57,639 bases of DNA, taken from positions 1 to 57,639 of the forward strand of contig LVLI01000406.1 of the NCBI GenBank assembly GCA_001687465.1. The letters run 5' to 3'. The notes below the pieces were generated by a model, which made no database searches, was not told the DNA's origin, and saw only the letters and a list, made by a program, of their open reading frames with translations. Source of the stretch: Halocafeteria seosinensis. Its lineage: Eukaryota. Shown here one piece after another: positions 22,337-37,639 of the stretch (positions are counted from its first letter, which is position 1; every line of letters begins with the position of its first letter). A program made the position numbers and the translations under genes.

Positions 22337-22610
22337 CTGCGGCAGGCTCAGAGCCTTCTTCCAGACTGAGCCTTAACGCCGTGTTGACGGTACCCCTGAC
22401 TGCCAGGGTCTGACATCGTTGGCTCCGGCATGGCTCCTTCCCCAATGCCTCCTGAGCAAAACCAGTGTCGTTTTCCCTCACGGCACATGTCAGCAAGGCT
22501 GCAGGAACAGCGGGCCCGTCGCTGCTTAACATGGGCGCATACCGCTCCTCGTTAAGAGGATGTAGTCAACTGCCCGGCCGGTGGGCTATCTGTCACATAT
22601 GTGTGTGTGT
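22337..22610 (+). mobile_element. (GT)n-tailed element, 5'-truncated and more diverged copy
   Basis: Reverse-complement homology to about 15857-16105; ends CTATCTGTCACATATGTGTGTGTGT. Confidence 0.9.
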
Positions 22611-23171
22611 CCTTATTACAAGAAGAAACGATAGGAACCTCAGGACTGCTGACATCAGGTTAGCCTGTACGAAAACTATGGATTCCTCGCTTAAGTCATC
22701 AAGGGCGTTAAAAGGAAGGGCGTTCCATACATGTATTCGTGTTGCTGGAACCTGTTGGATTGACGTGAAACTACCAGGTGTCGAAAACTATCACCGTCCC
22801 AGTTGCAAGATCGGCGTCGCTACAAGAGGCAGCTAACGTGATCGAGAGGCGGTTTGATTTGACGCAACAGATGTAGCCATCATGGCATCGAATAAACCGG
22901 CTTCTCTTACACTCCTATCAGCATTAGAGACTGTGAGCAGCTCCTACAATAACTAATACACCGACAGAAGGATCATTTCAGGGGCCGCCCCAAGAGGAAG
23001 AAGAGTTTTCGAAACGGCACGAGAATGGAAACGATACAGCGAGCAATTAGACTAATTAGCGATGTAAAATCAAGCGCTTGAAACTCACCGTTTCCACGGT
23101 GTAATGCGTTTGAACCCAGGGCTTGAGTCCGGTTACAAGCTATTGATATGTCAACCGCGTTGTTCATTTTC

Positions 23172-25402
23172 TCATGCGCATTTCGAATAGGCGAGAGTGC
23201 TGTAGAAGTTCTTAACCTTTTGGTCAGTTATTATGGAAGCGCTGGTAATATTCTCCCTCAACGATATGCTGTCTAGTGATCTGCATCCCGAGCATAAATC
23301 AGTAGTATTGATATGATGCGCAGTTTGTTCAATAACATACTTTGCCCGACTCAGCGCCACGTAAGCTTGGCCATGTTCAAAGGCGTTATTCAGTCCAATT
23401 TCAACAGCATCGAGCGTCATTCCCTGAGATGATTTAAACATCGGTCACATTCAGACGAGTAATCCGCTATAATGAACACCCCGTACCTGAGATTTGTGTA
23501 CACTTAGGGCCCAAGCTAGGTCCAACGGAATCTGATCGCGCATCGCTACTACCTTTCCTCCCGAAACAATGTCCCATTTCTCCTTCCGGATCGTCGTCCG
23601 AACACCATTAATGAACTGAACAACAGGATGTCGACTGAGACCAGAAAACGAAACGACTACTCCGCGGGCCCCATTAGTTAGCCCACGTGACTGATCAATT
23701 GTTTTCAGTAGGATAACCTGGGCCTCCACTGTGGAGTTACGGGAAAAGACGTTGCTCTGTAACCGAGTAAAGTCCATAGTGCTTCAAAACCTTACGCTTG
23801 AGATCCAGGTATTTCCGGAAGCGACATTGCTTGTCAATGTTTGGGACGGGTCCTTTGACATAGCAGACATCTGTCGCCGAAAAACTTGTAGATTCGCTAG
23901 CCAGGTCCCCTAAATGCTTTTGGTTTATGTGATCCACATCAGCTTTATGTGTGCACAGTTGAGTTGGCAGTATGCCATACCCATTGTGCAGGGTGGCGCG
24001 GTACCTGCCATTGAGCATCTGTAAATCTTCTTGTTGTACCTGGACCAACCAAACACTTTGATCCACAACCGATTAATGAACGAATGCATCAACAAATTTG
24101 CTTACATTACCAACCCTAATTCGATTCAAAATGTCTAAAAACCGGCGGTCGGTTTGTCTATACACTCGTTGAAGGTGAACACACTCTCCGATCGCCCTTC
24201 AGGCAGGAAAACTCCAGGAAGCGTGATAGCAGCAAGAAGATTAACAAACGTGAAGCGTGCCACTTACTCCTCCCAGTGTGGGGATTCAAACGCGTACCGC
24301 GTACATTGGCCCAATTTTGCAACCGGGGGCAATTGAAAAAAGTCACCACACAGCACCAACTGAATTCCCCCAAATGGAGCAGTATTATCCCGAGTCAGTT
24401 GGCCGACGCGGTGTAGCACCTCGAAAGTCTCTTTATCTGCTGGTAACGCTAGTGCAACATCCAATGCGGCCATGTTCGCAGCTGTAACAGCAGAGTGAGA
24501 ACGTACCAAGCATTGAGATTTCATCAATGACTAGTGTCTTAATCCTTGTCCACTTCGAAACGACGTGGGATTTACTCGCGCACGTTTGGGCCTTCTGCTC
24601 TATGGTGCCCGGCTGGAGAGTAAGTCCGGCAAACGAGTGTACAGTAACTCCTCCAATATCACACGCAGCTATACCAGTAGGCGCTGTATAGGCAACTGTG
24701 CTACTATTCAGCACCGCCCGAATCTTTTGTAGTAATCTGGACTTGCCGCTCCCAGCACTTCCGGTGAAGAACACACTCCGACCTGCCTTCACCATACTCA
24801 AAACCGCTTCTTGATCTTTGGAAAGAGTGTCGATATTGTCAGCCTGCCCCATCTCTTTTGTCTTTTTTGCCACTTCCTCTCGGCTTGAATTCGACCTTTT
24901 CCTTGGGAAATGGTCTTCAGTATACTGGGGCAGTTCCACTCTGGGAGCTCGCAAGTCTTGTGAAGCAGACGCGGGCTTGAGGAGATTACGCAGTGCCTTG
25001 ATTTGCTGAGGCTCCATCCGACTCATCAATAGTGCGATTCCCTGCTTCTTAAAACGCAGAGTCATGAGTCCTTTCTGCCAAAGGCACCAAATAACTGTAA
25101 ACCATACCGGTAAATTGCCAATCTATACGCATGTGAAGTTGGCAGCCGTTTACCATACCGCCAGGCTGCGCCCCAGAATGCATGTACGAACCTTGTATGG
25201 ATTTTTCCCATTCGATGCACTCAACATGCTGACCTTTATCGTTGTAAACCTCAAGATATTTCCATGTCGCTGCAGAACTGTCGTTATAGTTAGGGGTCAC
25301 CGTATGCGCGCGCAGCGAAGCTGCTTTGTGCTGTTTGCGGAACCGTAGCTGGTTGGATCCAGGGCTGAATCTCTCAAGAGTTATATCTCCATTGACTTCC
25401 AT
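23172..25402 (-). CDS. PIF1: PIF1-family 5'-3' DNA helicase (multi-exon)
   Basis: [78 protein letters not shown] introns; start approximate. Confidence 0.95.
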
Positions 25403-26097
25403 CTTGGCCTCTTTATTTCTTCCACCCCAATGCATGTACCACACCAACAAACCACAGGCACTCATTCGCTGAAGATCAAAGTTAGAAGCCATGAATCGTT
25501 GAAGTTGAGTGAGTCAAACATGTCACAAGCCAGCAGGATTTACCATGGTCCATGCCCCACACAACGACGTATCGTTAGAATATCTCATTTTAGTAAATCT
25601 CTGAGTGTTTCTGTTTAGAGCCCATTCAAGGGGTGCGCTGGGCTTGCGCTGTAGTCCATCTACTACCACACGGTGTACACCAATACACACATCACAGCGG
25701 TGCCACGAAATATACCTGTGGGTATTGTTCGCTAGCTAATAGAGAGTGATACACGGTATGGTCAAACAGATTACGCATACAAGTACTGGATAAGATTTTC
25801 TACGTTTACCTACCGACATGAATGAGTCATCGTGGACAGGCTGAGTTGAAGCTCCTGCCCCCGGGCTTTGCGAACATGACCAGAGGCCATTAGCAGGTAG
25901 ACTGGCAGCAGTAGAACCACACATTATTGTTTTGAGTTGGCATTGAGCTGAAATATAGGGAAAATTGTTCGAAGAAAGAATTCGGCGCTTCTGTTTTGCA
26001 GAGTAAAGGTTGGCTTTTCCCCCGTCTTCGGTAAGCATTTAATGCTACTCTTGTAGAATCCTTAGTGAGTGGTGCAGTCCAACCCAATTAACTCATA

Positions 26098-26739
26098 ATG
26101 CCGTCTCCACGGTATCATCATCGTAGAAGTCAAAGTAGCAGCAGATCCAGGTCGAGGTCAGACTCGAGATCCAGATCCAGGTCTCTTACTCCTTCGGATG
26201 ACGACACAAGGACAGAATCGAAATCCTCCCGAACAGGCACGAGGACAAAGAGGGACAGGAGTCCTGCGTCTCCCCCTTCGAGATCGAGGAGAGAGAAGAA
26301 GCATCCTCGATCACCCACAGACACAAGTGAATCGGAAACGGCGGCGAGCTCACAGCGTAGAAGGCGCCACGACGACAACAAGGGAAGAGGAAGGGAAGAA
26401 CGCTACTCTAAATCACGGCGCCGGGAAGGGAGAACATCCTCTCATAGACATAGTGACGATCAATTTGCTGACAGTGATGATGAGGAGCATCGTCATAATA
26501 GAAAGTACGGGGGTGCAGACGCGCCTGTTATCCCCGATGAAATGACCCATTTAACAGATGAAGAGAAGATGCAGCGTATGATGGGCATTTCAAGTTTTGC
26601 AACAACAAAAGGACAGCCTGTAGAGGATAATATTCGGGGGCCAGGCAGGGGTGCCGTCAATAAGACCAAGCAAAGGAAGTACAGGCAATACATGAATCGG
26701 GTAGGAGGTTTCAACAAGTTATTGGACTCAACTGACTAA
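26098..26739 (+). CDS. SNRNP27: U4/U6.U5 tri-snRNP 27 kDa protein
   Basis: RS-rich N-terminus; MMGISSFATTKG...RKYRQYMNRVGGFN C-terminal domain. Confidence 0.92.
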   Translation: MPSPRYHHRRSQSSSRSRSRSDSRSRSRSLTPSDDDTRTESKSSRTGTRTKRDRSPASPPSRSRREKKHPRSPTDTSESETAASSQRRRRHDDNKGRGREERYSKSRRREGRTSSHRHSDDQFADSDDEEHRHNRKYGGADAPVIPDEMTHLTDEEKMQRMMGISSFATTKGQPVEDNIRGPGRGAVNKTKQRKYRQYMNRVGGFNKLLDSTD

Positions 26740-26900
26740 GGACTGCGAGACGAGTTGAAGAATGACCAGCTGAATGGCGTTTCCCTAAAAGATAGACAGA
26801 TAGAATCTGCGGAACGATAACAGATAAGAGTTTATTGATACACGGCCAGTGCTTGTGTACGAAACTGGTGCAGGGAAAATATAGAAACAGAATCTATCCA

Positions 26901-28178
26901 TCATCCATGCAGAGTACTAGCATTTCCATAACTCCAAACTAAAAGATTTTGATCCCAGCTGCCGGTGGCTAGGCCATTGTATGTTTCAGGGTTAATGCCT
27001 ACACAACTCACTCGCCCACTATGACCCATTACTCGGTTTCCCTCTTGACCTTGAGATTGGGACTTGGATGTACCAAGCTCGTGCCAGCGACTGCAAACAG
27101 AGTCGAACAAAACAAATAAAAGCCTACTGCCGCAAACTATAGCAGGGTAAAAAACTTACGTGGCATTCGCAGTTGTTTCCCAAGCGACTGCAGTATGATC
27201 TTCGTAACCAGCAAACAAGAGAGCACCAGACTTTGAATGAGTTATACTTGTGACACAGGATCCAGTCTTAAGGCCATCAGAGAACACAGCTAATGTTCCC
27301 CTCGTACGCATGTCAAACATTCGGCATGTGGAATCGTCACTCGCGGAAGAAATCGCATAGCCGTTCGGAAAGAATTCCACAGCGTTCACATCCGAGTCAT
27401 GCCCGTAAAATGTATGTGTGCAAGGTTTTCGTTCCCTTATATCCCAAATTCGCACAGTTCCATCGCAGGACCCACTCCCGAATACTTGCGGCGTTTCTGG
27501 ATTTAAAGACACACTCATTACATCTGCGGCGTGCTCACTAAATAATGCTTTACGTTGCGCTGTGTTAACATCCCATAAACTACAGTTTGAATCACCGCTG
27601 GAGGTCAAAATTTCGTTCGTACTAAGGAACCTGCAACAACTAAGGTAACCTTCATGACCCGTAAGCTCGATTGTCGGTTCGCTAACTGTAGGTGTGGCGA
27701 CATTATTAACTGTAAATATGCTGCAAGTGTTATCCAATCCTCCGCATGCAACGAATTTCTGATTAGCTTGTTCGTAGGCACATGTCATTACCCATGCGGA
27801 TTTTAGTGATATGGCTAAAAGCTTGACCTCCCTGTTGGCATCCCAAATGAACAACTTCCCATCTTGACTAGCACTAACGAGCTTCTCTTTATTCCCCCAG
27901 TGTAGTGAATATACTTTACCGCGATGTCCTGTACAGTCAAGCAAAGAGCATTACGAGTATCTCAATTCAAACTATTGTGCACGCCTCTTACCTTGTAGTG
28001 TTCTATAAACCTGGAAGCCATATAATCCCGGCGAGCTCTTCTTGCCGTTTGTTCGCCAAATGTCCTCTAACTCTGACTCTACCTGATATCGTCTCGTTTC
28101 CAAATCTGATTTTAACTTCTCCGCTTCTCTCTTCGTTTCCCTTAGACGGGCTGCTACTTCGCTATTCCTCGATCCCAT
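26901..28178 (-). CDS. GPB1: Heterotrimeric G-protein beta subunit (3 exons)
   Basis: N-terminal coiled coil; RTLQG|HRGKVYSLHW, VSASQDGKL, WVMTCAY, ACGGLDN, GHEGYLSCC, ATGSWD WD40 repeats. Confidence 0.95.
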
Positions 28179-29436
28179 TTCCCTCAAACTGTAACTGCTA
28201 CTATCGGTATGTTCAATACCGGTCAGTTCATGAAGCAGGCTAACCTCGGGTTTTGTTTCCACAGGAAAACGTAGCAATATTTGCCAGAAAAAGAGTAAAA
28301 CAGCGCCTTCCAACAACTATACGGTCGGTTGCTTCACTACAGAAAGTACGTTGACGCTTCAACCAGTCACAAAACAGATCCCTCCCAAAAACAACGCCAC
28401 AGGCACAATTTTCACCTCCAGCTCTTCGAGTGCTAGACTTACTAGAGCAAGTGTCTGATAGGCTTGCCTAAAAGTGGCCGTGCTGAATGGTAATACGTAT
28501 CCTAGAGAGGCTCTCGGCTCCTACCTTGGCACACGATTCAATCCAGTCCCACAAGCACTCACACAAAGATAGAGCGATGCAGGTACCACCAACAATATGT
28601 GTGCGTTTCGCTCTCTATGGGAAACCCGGTACGAGCACAAACGAGCAAGAGGGGTGTATAATGCTGCTACACACCCACCGCCAGAGACCAGTGTTGGCCC
28701 GCTGCAACCTGTTCGAGCTCCTTGGCGCCAAATAGACAGGAATGTCAGTCACGACGCACCAGAAATGCGCGTATCCGCTTTCGCCCAAGCTGCCTTGGTC
28801 TGTCTGCAGGGAGGCGAAGGAAATGAGCAACAATGCTCGTCCAACTCACAAGGGGAGCCTCTAGGGGACGGCGTCTCAGGGGTGCCCTCAAGGGGAAGCT
28901 TAAAGGGAGCCTGAGATCCGTGGGTTGTCACGGTTAGAAAAGATCAAGCAGCGGCGTATCCACACGGTATAGTTATCTTCAACCTCCAACACACCACCAC
29001 ATGCAAACGTGGTACCGAATAGCTAGTGCTGGGAAAATAGATGAACTACATCACACACCATACATTCACGCTGCCGAGTGGTCTGCAAAGGATACCCTTG
29101 GATGCCTGTTCGATTCCGGGCCCGGGCTCTCGGCCCGGACCAACGCCCAATTCCAAATACACATGCGAATGGCAGTTTCCAAACTTTCCAGTGTCTTCCC
29201 ACCCCGATACAAAATTTGCTTCCTGTTTTGTTGGAAGGAAAACGAAGAATTCCTTGGAATTGTCTCCTCCCTTTGAGGCGAGGATACATGACACGAAGCA
29301 TTAGTGCAGACTTTCGCGTATCATTACACTGTACTTGAGTCAGCAGTTGCATCAAGTGCCTTTATGAACGTGGACGAGTATACCTCGAAAACGGTAAAGC
29401 ACCTACCGTACATACTTCGGTATATTCACTCTGTGA

Positions 29437-31750
<2,314 letters not shown>

Positions 31751-32671
31751 TAATGAAACGTCTATTCTCCTATCTTGGGTAATTCCTCGCTACCAAACCA
31801 GTTTCTGGCAGTGTTACTGTATTGTCGTGCGAGCAGTTACTTGGCGGCGCTCGCTTGCGACTTCCTCAACACTTTGGCCTGACGACCGGAGTTGGCTACT
31901 CCGGAGAACATGCTATCCGACGGGAAAAGCCTTTACTGTACCACCGTTGTAGTGAGCACTGGTGTTGAGCCGATGCTACTTATTGAACGAATCGTTGAAG
32001 CAGGCAGTATTTGTCAGCCTCATAGATTACTGTACATGGGTGATCAATCAATCAGTGGCCACACATGATCACTAATGAATGACTCAATACCACAATACTG
32101 TGTCAGTCACTCATGTCATCATGCTTGCCGGAGTTTGTCCGTCAACTTCTTCTCGTTGTCCGAAGCACAGTAGAAGCTCCGTGGGATGGACTTCGAGTTT
32201 TGACCATCGCAGACTCATCACCGAACTGACCGAGGACCATCTGGAAAACCAGTTAGCTCTTCCCTCTTCTGGCAGCGAGTAACAGCCCCGCGTACAGGGA
32301 CATAAATGCAAAATTCCTTTGTTGTACCAATGCATGCTCGTTTTAGATTGCGTGACAAGTGCTCGGACGTGGGCACCAAGAGTTGAGATGCCCTCAGTCC
32401 AGTCTAACATGTGATCAAAAAATCCTTATTCTGTGACAGTAGAGGAGTGAAAACGCGTTAGCATGGTTCAATCATTACCCAAACGACTTTTTGTGTATCG
32501 CAAAATACCATATATATGGTATACGGTACACTACACAAAACACAGTCACTGTGAAGTTGAAGTTGTTTGTGGAAGGATTGTACAACGGTACGAAGATGGG
32601 GCTGTATTGTGCATTACACATGCAAGATGTAGGCACTGGGAAGTATCACGGGATGCTACTAGGTTAGGACA

Positions 32672-35600
32672 ATGACCACACCGCTCCACACTGAGGAGAA
32701 AATGGAGAAAACGGGACAGACGAGCGAGAGGGGGTTGGTTGCTCCGGAGGACTCATTTGATGCCAATGACGGCTATTTTGGGCATAGTTCCAACCAACAA
32801 ACGCATGCATCTCAATCGCATCCTGCCCTCCATGCCCCAGTCTCCTCGGCAACGCAGGAGCATGACGGCGAACAGCGAAAAAAGCGCAGTAAGAATGAAA
32901 TACCTTGGTACGTGAAATTGAGTTGATGGCGCACTCCACTCGTTATTATTTCTGCGAGGGTGTGGATTCCTGCTTGTGTATATATGTGTGTGTGTTACGT
33001 TTTTGTACAGGGATGCCATTGACGCTATGCAGGCTGGCACATTCTTGCTGAAATGCGGACGCCTAGGGAATCCCCATTTCAGGTAAAGCCTCCAGTACTC
33101 CCACACTCTGATTCCATGTCGGATGCATCTTAATCATAATTGCAGAAAGTTTTCACTGAGCCCTGACTGCCAGTATTTGAGCTGGTATACTGCTCAGAAG
33201 GGGGAAGATTCAAGAAGAGGTAGGTACCACACCTGAGTTTTGTGTCGCTACTCTCTCTCTCTCTCTCTCTCTCTACATAACGGGATCCTGAGTGCCGCAG
33301 TCAAACTAACCGAGTACGCGCTATTGATAGGACAACATACGGAAGTATTTCAGAAACAAAAACGGCCGGACTTGGCTGATTTGTCGTTAAGTCTCGTTCA
33401 GAGAATAGATGTGGGTGAGAGCACGGTTGAAGAACGAAATCGCTTGAAATCGAGTCAGCAGCCCAACAGACTATTTGACGGGAGCGCTAAACAAGGCGAC
33501 GCCAAAACCAGTAAAATTTCCGGGTGGATATCTTCCAAACGAAGTTTGGATATTGTATGCAAAGATAAGGAGGAATTCTCCCTGTGGCGGAGAGGACTTA
33601 CATATTTAACCCAAAAGGCTCCCCCTATTAAACTACTCATACAACGATTGGAATCTAATGTATCATCGAATTTTCCCGATAGTGGAATTGGAGGTGGATC
33701 ACGTGGGATCTTGGTCCAGAATTTCGAGCCATTTTCAGGATCTGGTATAGCCGCCCCACTAGAGAGAAGGTTCGAGGATCTGACGACAGTCGGGTACGGA
33801 AGAACACTGGTGGAAGAAGGAGGGAATGTAGACATAGTGGATTTTGCAACTATTGAAGATATCACCAATGACCATAGCTCCGTTGTCCTTACCAATCGGC
33901 AGCAAAAACCCACCGGTACTGCCCTCACTGCAAAAAAATTACGAGAAATCGCAAGCGATCCTGAAAAATCGAAGGAGGCAGCAGTCACGGCTCCTCCTGC
34001 CGATGAAATTGAGTCATTTTTGCAAAAGCGCATAACACGTAAGTTCGGTACTTTGCTTTCCGCAAGTACGTGTGGGTGTATGATCTGCTCCATTGTCCAG
34101 GTTCTTGCAACACGTTCGTGTTTGGCAGCAACGCATGGGGACAAGCGGGGACGCAAAGAGCAGAACGATTTCTCCCTAGTCCGACTGTGATAGGGTCCCT
34201 GATTGGGAAGGGAGTAAGACAGGTTGCATGCGGTCTTAATTTCACTATTGCGGCGACGGAAATGGGAGAGCTTTATACCTGGGGCTCGGGTTCTAATGGC
34301 CGTCTTGGAGTTGGTGACGTCCGTTACAGCATTTCACCAGTAAAAATAAACTTTAACAAGGACAAAAACCACCGACCAACGAAAGTTGCGTTTGTTGCAG
34401 CAGGGCATTGTCATAGCCTGGCCATCAGTGATTACGGAAAAGCATACGTATGGGGAGACAACGCCTTCGGCCAGCTAGGTACCGGCGACATGTGTGACAG
34501 ATACTTCCCTACGCTGGTGACCGAGGCCCTTCGGGAGCGTATATCTCGCCAAGACGAATCTGTAGTCTCGCTCAATAATATTGAGAAGATTGACATTGCG
34601 CGACAGGGTACAAAGGAGCACGCGCGGCATCAGACGCACCACACTTCTAGTGCGACGACAGAGGGAAAAGTACCTGTCTTTGTATACGGAAGTTGTGGCA
34701 TGAGTACATCGGTACTCGTAGACCTACACGGAAGAGTATATACATGTGGTCTAAGTTCGACTGGAGCACTTGGGCATCCGTCACTACCTGATGAACGGAG
34801 GACAAGGAAAGCTTCTCGGGAGGAAATGGCAAATCGTTCTAGCTTTGACACACACAATGAATCTGATTCTTTGCCTTCCCTACCTTCCGATTTACCCCCA
34901 GATGTGGATGATGACACAGCTAATATTCTTGATAGGGAACTAGAAATAGATCCAGCGGCGTATGTACCTCCTCCTGACAGTGCCTTTAATACGGATTATA
35001 TCCTTTTGCGGTTCACCATGGTGGAACCCCTGAAGGATCATGTAGTTGTTAGATGCTCTAGTGGCGATTTTCACTCAGCTGTTATAACTCGTGATGGACT
35101 ACTGTACACCTGGGGAGCAAACAATTGTGGACAACTGGGGCTAGGTGATTTTCGTGATAGTTGGAAGCCACGGCTAGTGTCTCACTTGTGCCTCAATGCA
35201 CGCATGTTAGACGTCGTTTCCGTTTCTTGCGGTGCAGCCCATACAATTGCAATAGTTCGTTGCTGGTGCGATGTGCCCTATCGAGAGGGTAGGAAAAGGG
35301 CATGTCACCATTTTTCGTATGCATGGGGTGCGTGCACGTATGGCCAACTAGGAAATGTCAGTCCTGTTTACGAGAGTGACCATGTACATTATGGAAGGCC
35401 AGAGCCAAGTCGGAGGTTGGGTCAACTTCTTCACGAAGAGACGTGGAAGCTGTCACATCTTGTGGACAATTCCAGTACTGTTTCCTCAGGCCTGATAAAG
35501 CCACATCAACTGACATCACATTTTATCTTAGAGCTTCGAAGGAAGGTCATTGAAGAAAACCAGAGGTTATTGAGGGGACTACCTTGCACTAATATTCCGA

Positions 35601-36862
35601 TCCCTGTTATGCATTCCTTGGAGTACGAATCGGAAGAATGGAGCTCAACTGCTTCGTGCCAAATTGACTGTGGAGAAGGAGGAGATTTTTTCATCAATGT
35701 GCGGTATGACGTTGGCTGGACACCCGATAACGTTATCTCCTTCTTCTTACCTGTACCCTCGCTTAATACAATGCTAGAGGCCTATGGTATCAGCACCAAG
35801 GAGCCCTTTCGCAATGGTTCGTTTTCTAACGAGACTCTTCAGCAGCACATTCGTCAAGTGATTGCCAATTTTAAGCCAATGGAAGGGGTTATTTCTACTT
35901 CTGCCGGAGCTTCTCATTCCAGCTGGATTCTTAATCGGGGTGCTCAAACGAGAATCTTCGTAGCGGGGGTCGGAGATGATGGCCAACTGGGCACATCCCT
36001 TGGGCCTTGTGGTGCCTACCAAGGTGTCTCGTTAGATAAGAATGCGGCGCGCGAATCAATGGGTTTCAGTGATCTTATCGACCCTCCGAAGGTACCCTCT
36101 GTGGCGCAGAAACACTCTATGGCCCTTGGAGAGAGGCTGCGAACGCCAGCCCAAAAGTATTTCTTCGAGTTGACCCTCTCTGATTACGCAGCGCCGCAGA
36201 TATCTGTAATGCGCAGGATACTACCTATCAGCAAGGCCGTATCTAATGATGACTTCGGGGTTATGTTAGTAAATCAGGCTCATGCTCGTTTGAAGACTTT
36301 ATCAAAGCGCCGTCAAAGCCTATCTGCGCTACCAGTCAGTGTCTTATCTAGCCACGAGTGCATGCAAAATTGTCTTGATGTGTTTTCTAAGGATCCTGTT
36401 CCGCTAGAGGCTATCCGCGAAGGAAGACGCCTTTGGTGGCTTACAATGGATGATCTCCCGTATCTCAAGGACTTCTTATCAGAATCGCAGTCCTCTGATA
36501 CACCTTTACCAACGACTCAGAAGACGTTCGCTGGGGTCCAGAACGTGAGCCTGTATGACACCATAGGGAGTGGTGCTTTGCCCCTGCAGGGAATGTCTGA
36601 TCGATATACTCGAGCAATTTCTTGCGGTGGTTTCCATTCGGTAGCCCTGGTGGCGGCGGAATGGATAAAAGACAGTAATGCCAGTCATTGCCTTCGATGC
36701 AACAGCAAGTTTACGTTCAGAGTCCGAAAGCACCACTGTAGAAGCTGCGGCGGGGTATTCTGTCATAATTGTTGTTCTGTCAAAATGCCGCTTTTGCATT
36801 TAGGCCATATAGAGCACGTCCGAGTCTGCGATGGCTGCTACGATAGACTGAAAGAAGCATAG
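32672..36862 (+). CDS. PH - RCC1 repeats - FYVE protein (PRAF/RLD-like, multi-exon)
   Basis: Exon [27 protein letters not shown] (PH); repeated TWG.N..GQLG/ACG..H RCC1 units; C-terminal [25 protein letters not shown]. Confidence 0.9.
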
Positions 36863-37639
36863 TGGACTTCGCTGACCCGGGTTTTGTTACGGTAGCCTGA
36901 TTTGCTTGGACACTCGCAGAAAGCTCCCTTGTGACAAAAGGTCTGGTCGCAGGCAGTTGGACACATGAATCGCCGAAAATAAGCGCTTCTATGTACTAGA
37001 AAGCTAGGCGTGTGTAGCGTCCGATGCCAGCTTACTTTGTGATGGGAGTATCGTGTTTTGTTTCCCTATCAACTCAATGAAGAATCGCTGCTCTAACTTG
37101 AGGAATTCCTTTGAGATTTGTGGTCTTGATTAATCACTTCCGATCAATATGGAGGTGATGATGATGCCGTGCGTATTGTATTGTATGAAGTGTTGAAGAG
37201 TGCTCCGAAGAAAAGAGGGTCTGTATGCGAATGGGACGCCACTTACCTATTGCGAACGCCTACAGTGTAGGTCTCTGAACAGGCAGTGTGATTTGGACAC
37301 TGATTTGCACCGTTCGTTGAAGCATGACCCAGAGCTTGAATTATCCAAGCAGCTAGTAGTTGCGGTTGAATTCTTTACGACAACGATAGCTTGTAGAGCC
37401 TCCTATATATACATATATACATGCATAGAGTCGTGCCATCTACTGGCAAATAGGAAACAAGTGAAAAGGTTTCCCATGTGTCGCCTACGCTTATCTGCCC
37501 TGGCACTCAAGTGAATTCCCAAGCGTACAGTATATCGTAGAGCCGAGGTTACAGTAGCTAGGTTGATGTTTGTATTGTACAAAGAACAAAAAAAAATGCC
37601 CCGGGATTACTCCTTTCCTTGTCGATATGAGACCCTATA

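Noticed and set aside
23172..25402. PIF1 as a Helitron helicase
   Set aside because: No HUH Rep domain; it is intron-rich and lies among housekeeping genes.
28487..29355. Small gene divergent from G-beta
   Set aside because: Several short ORFs but no consistent exon chain or recognisable motif.
33455..34156. Long minus-strand ORF (also 5800-6207, 29738-30157, 53314-53781)
   Set aside because: Antisense shadows of well-supported genes.
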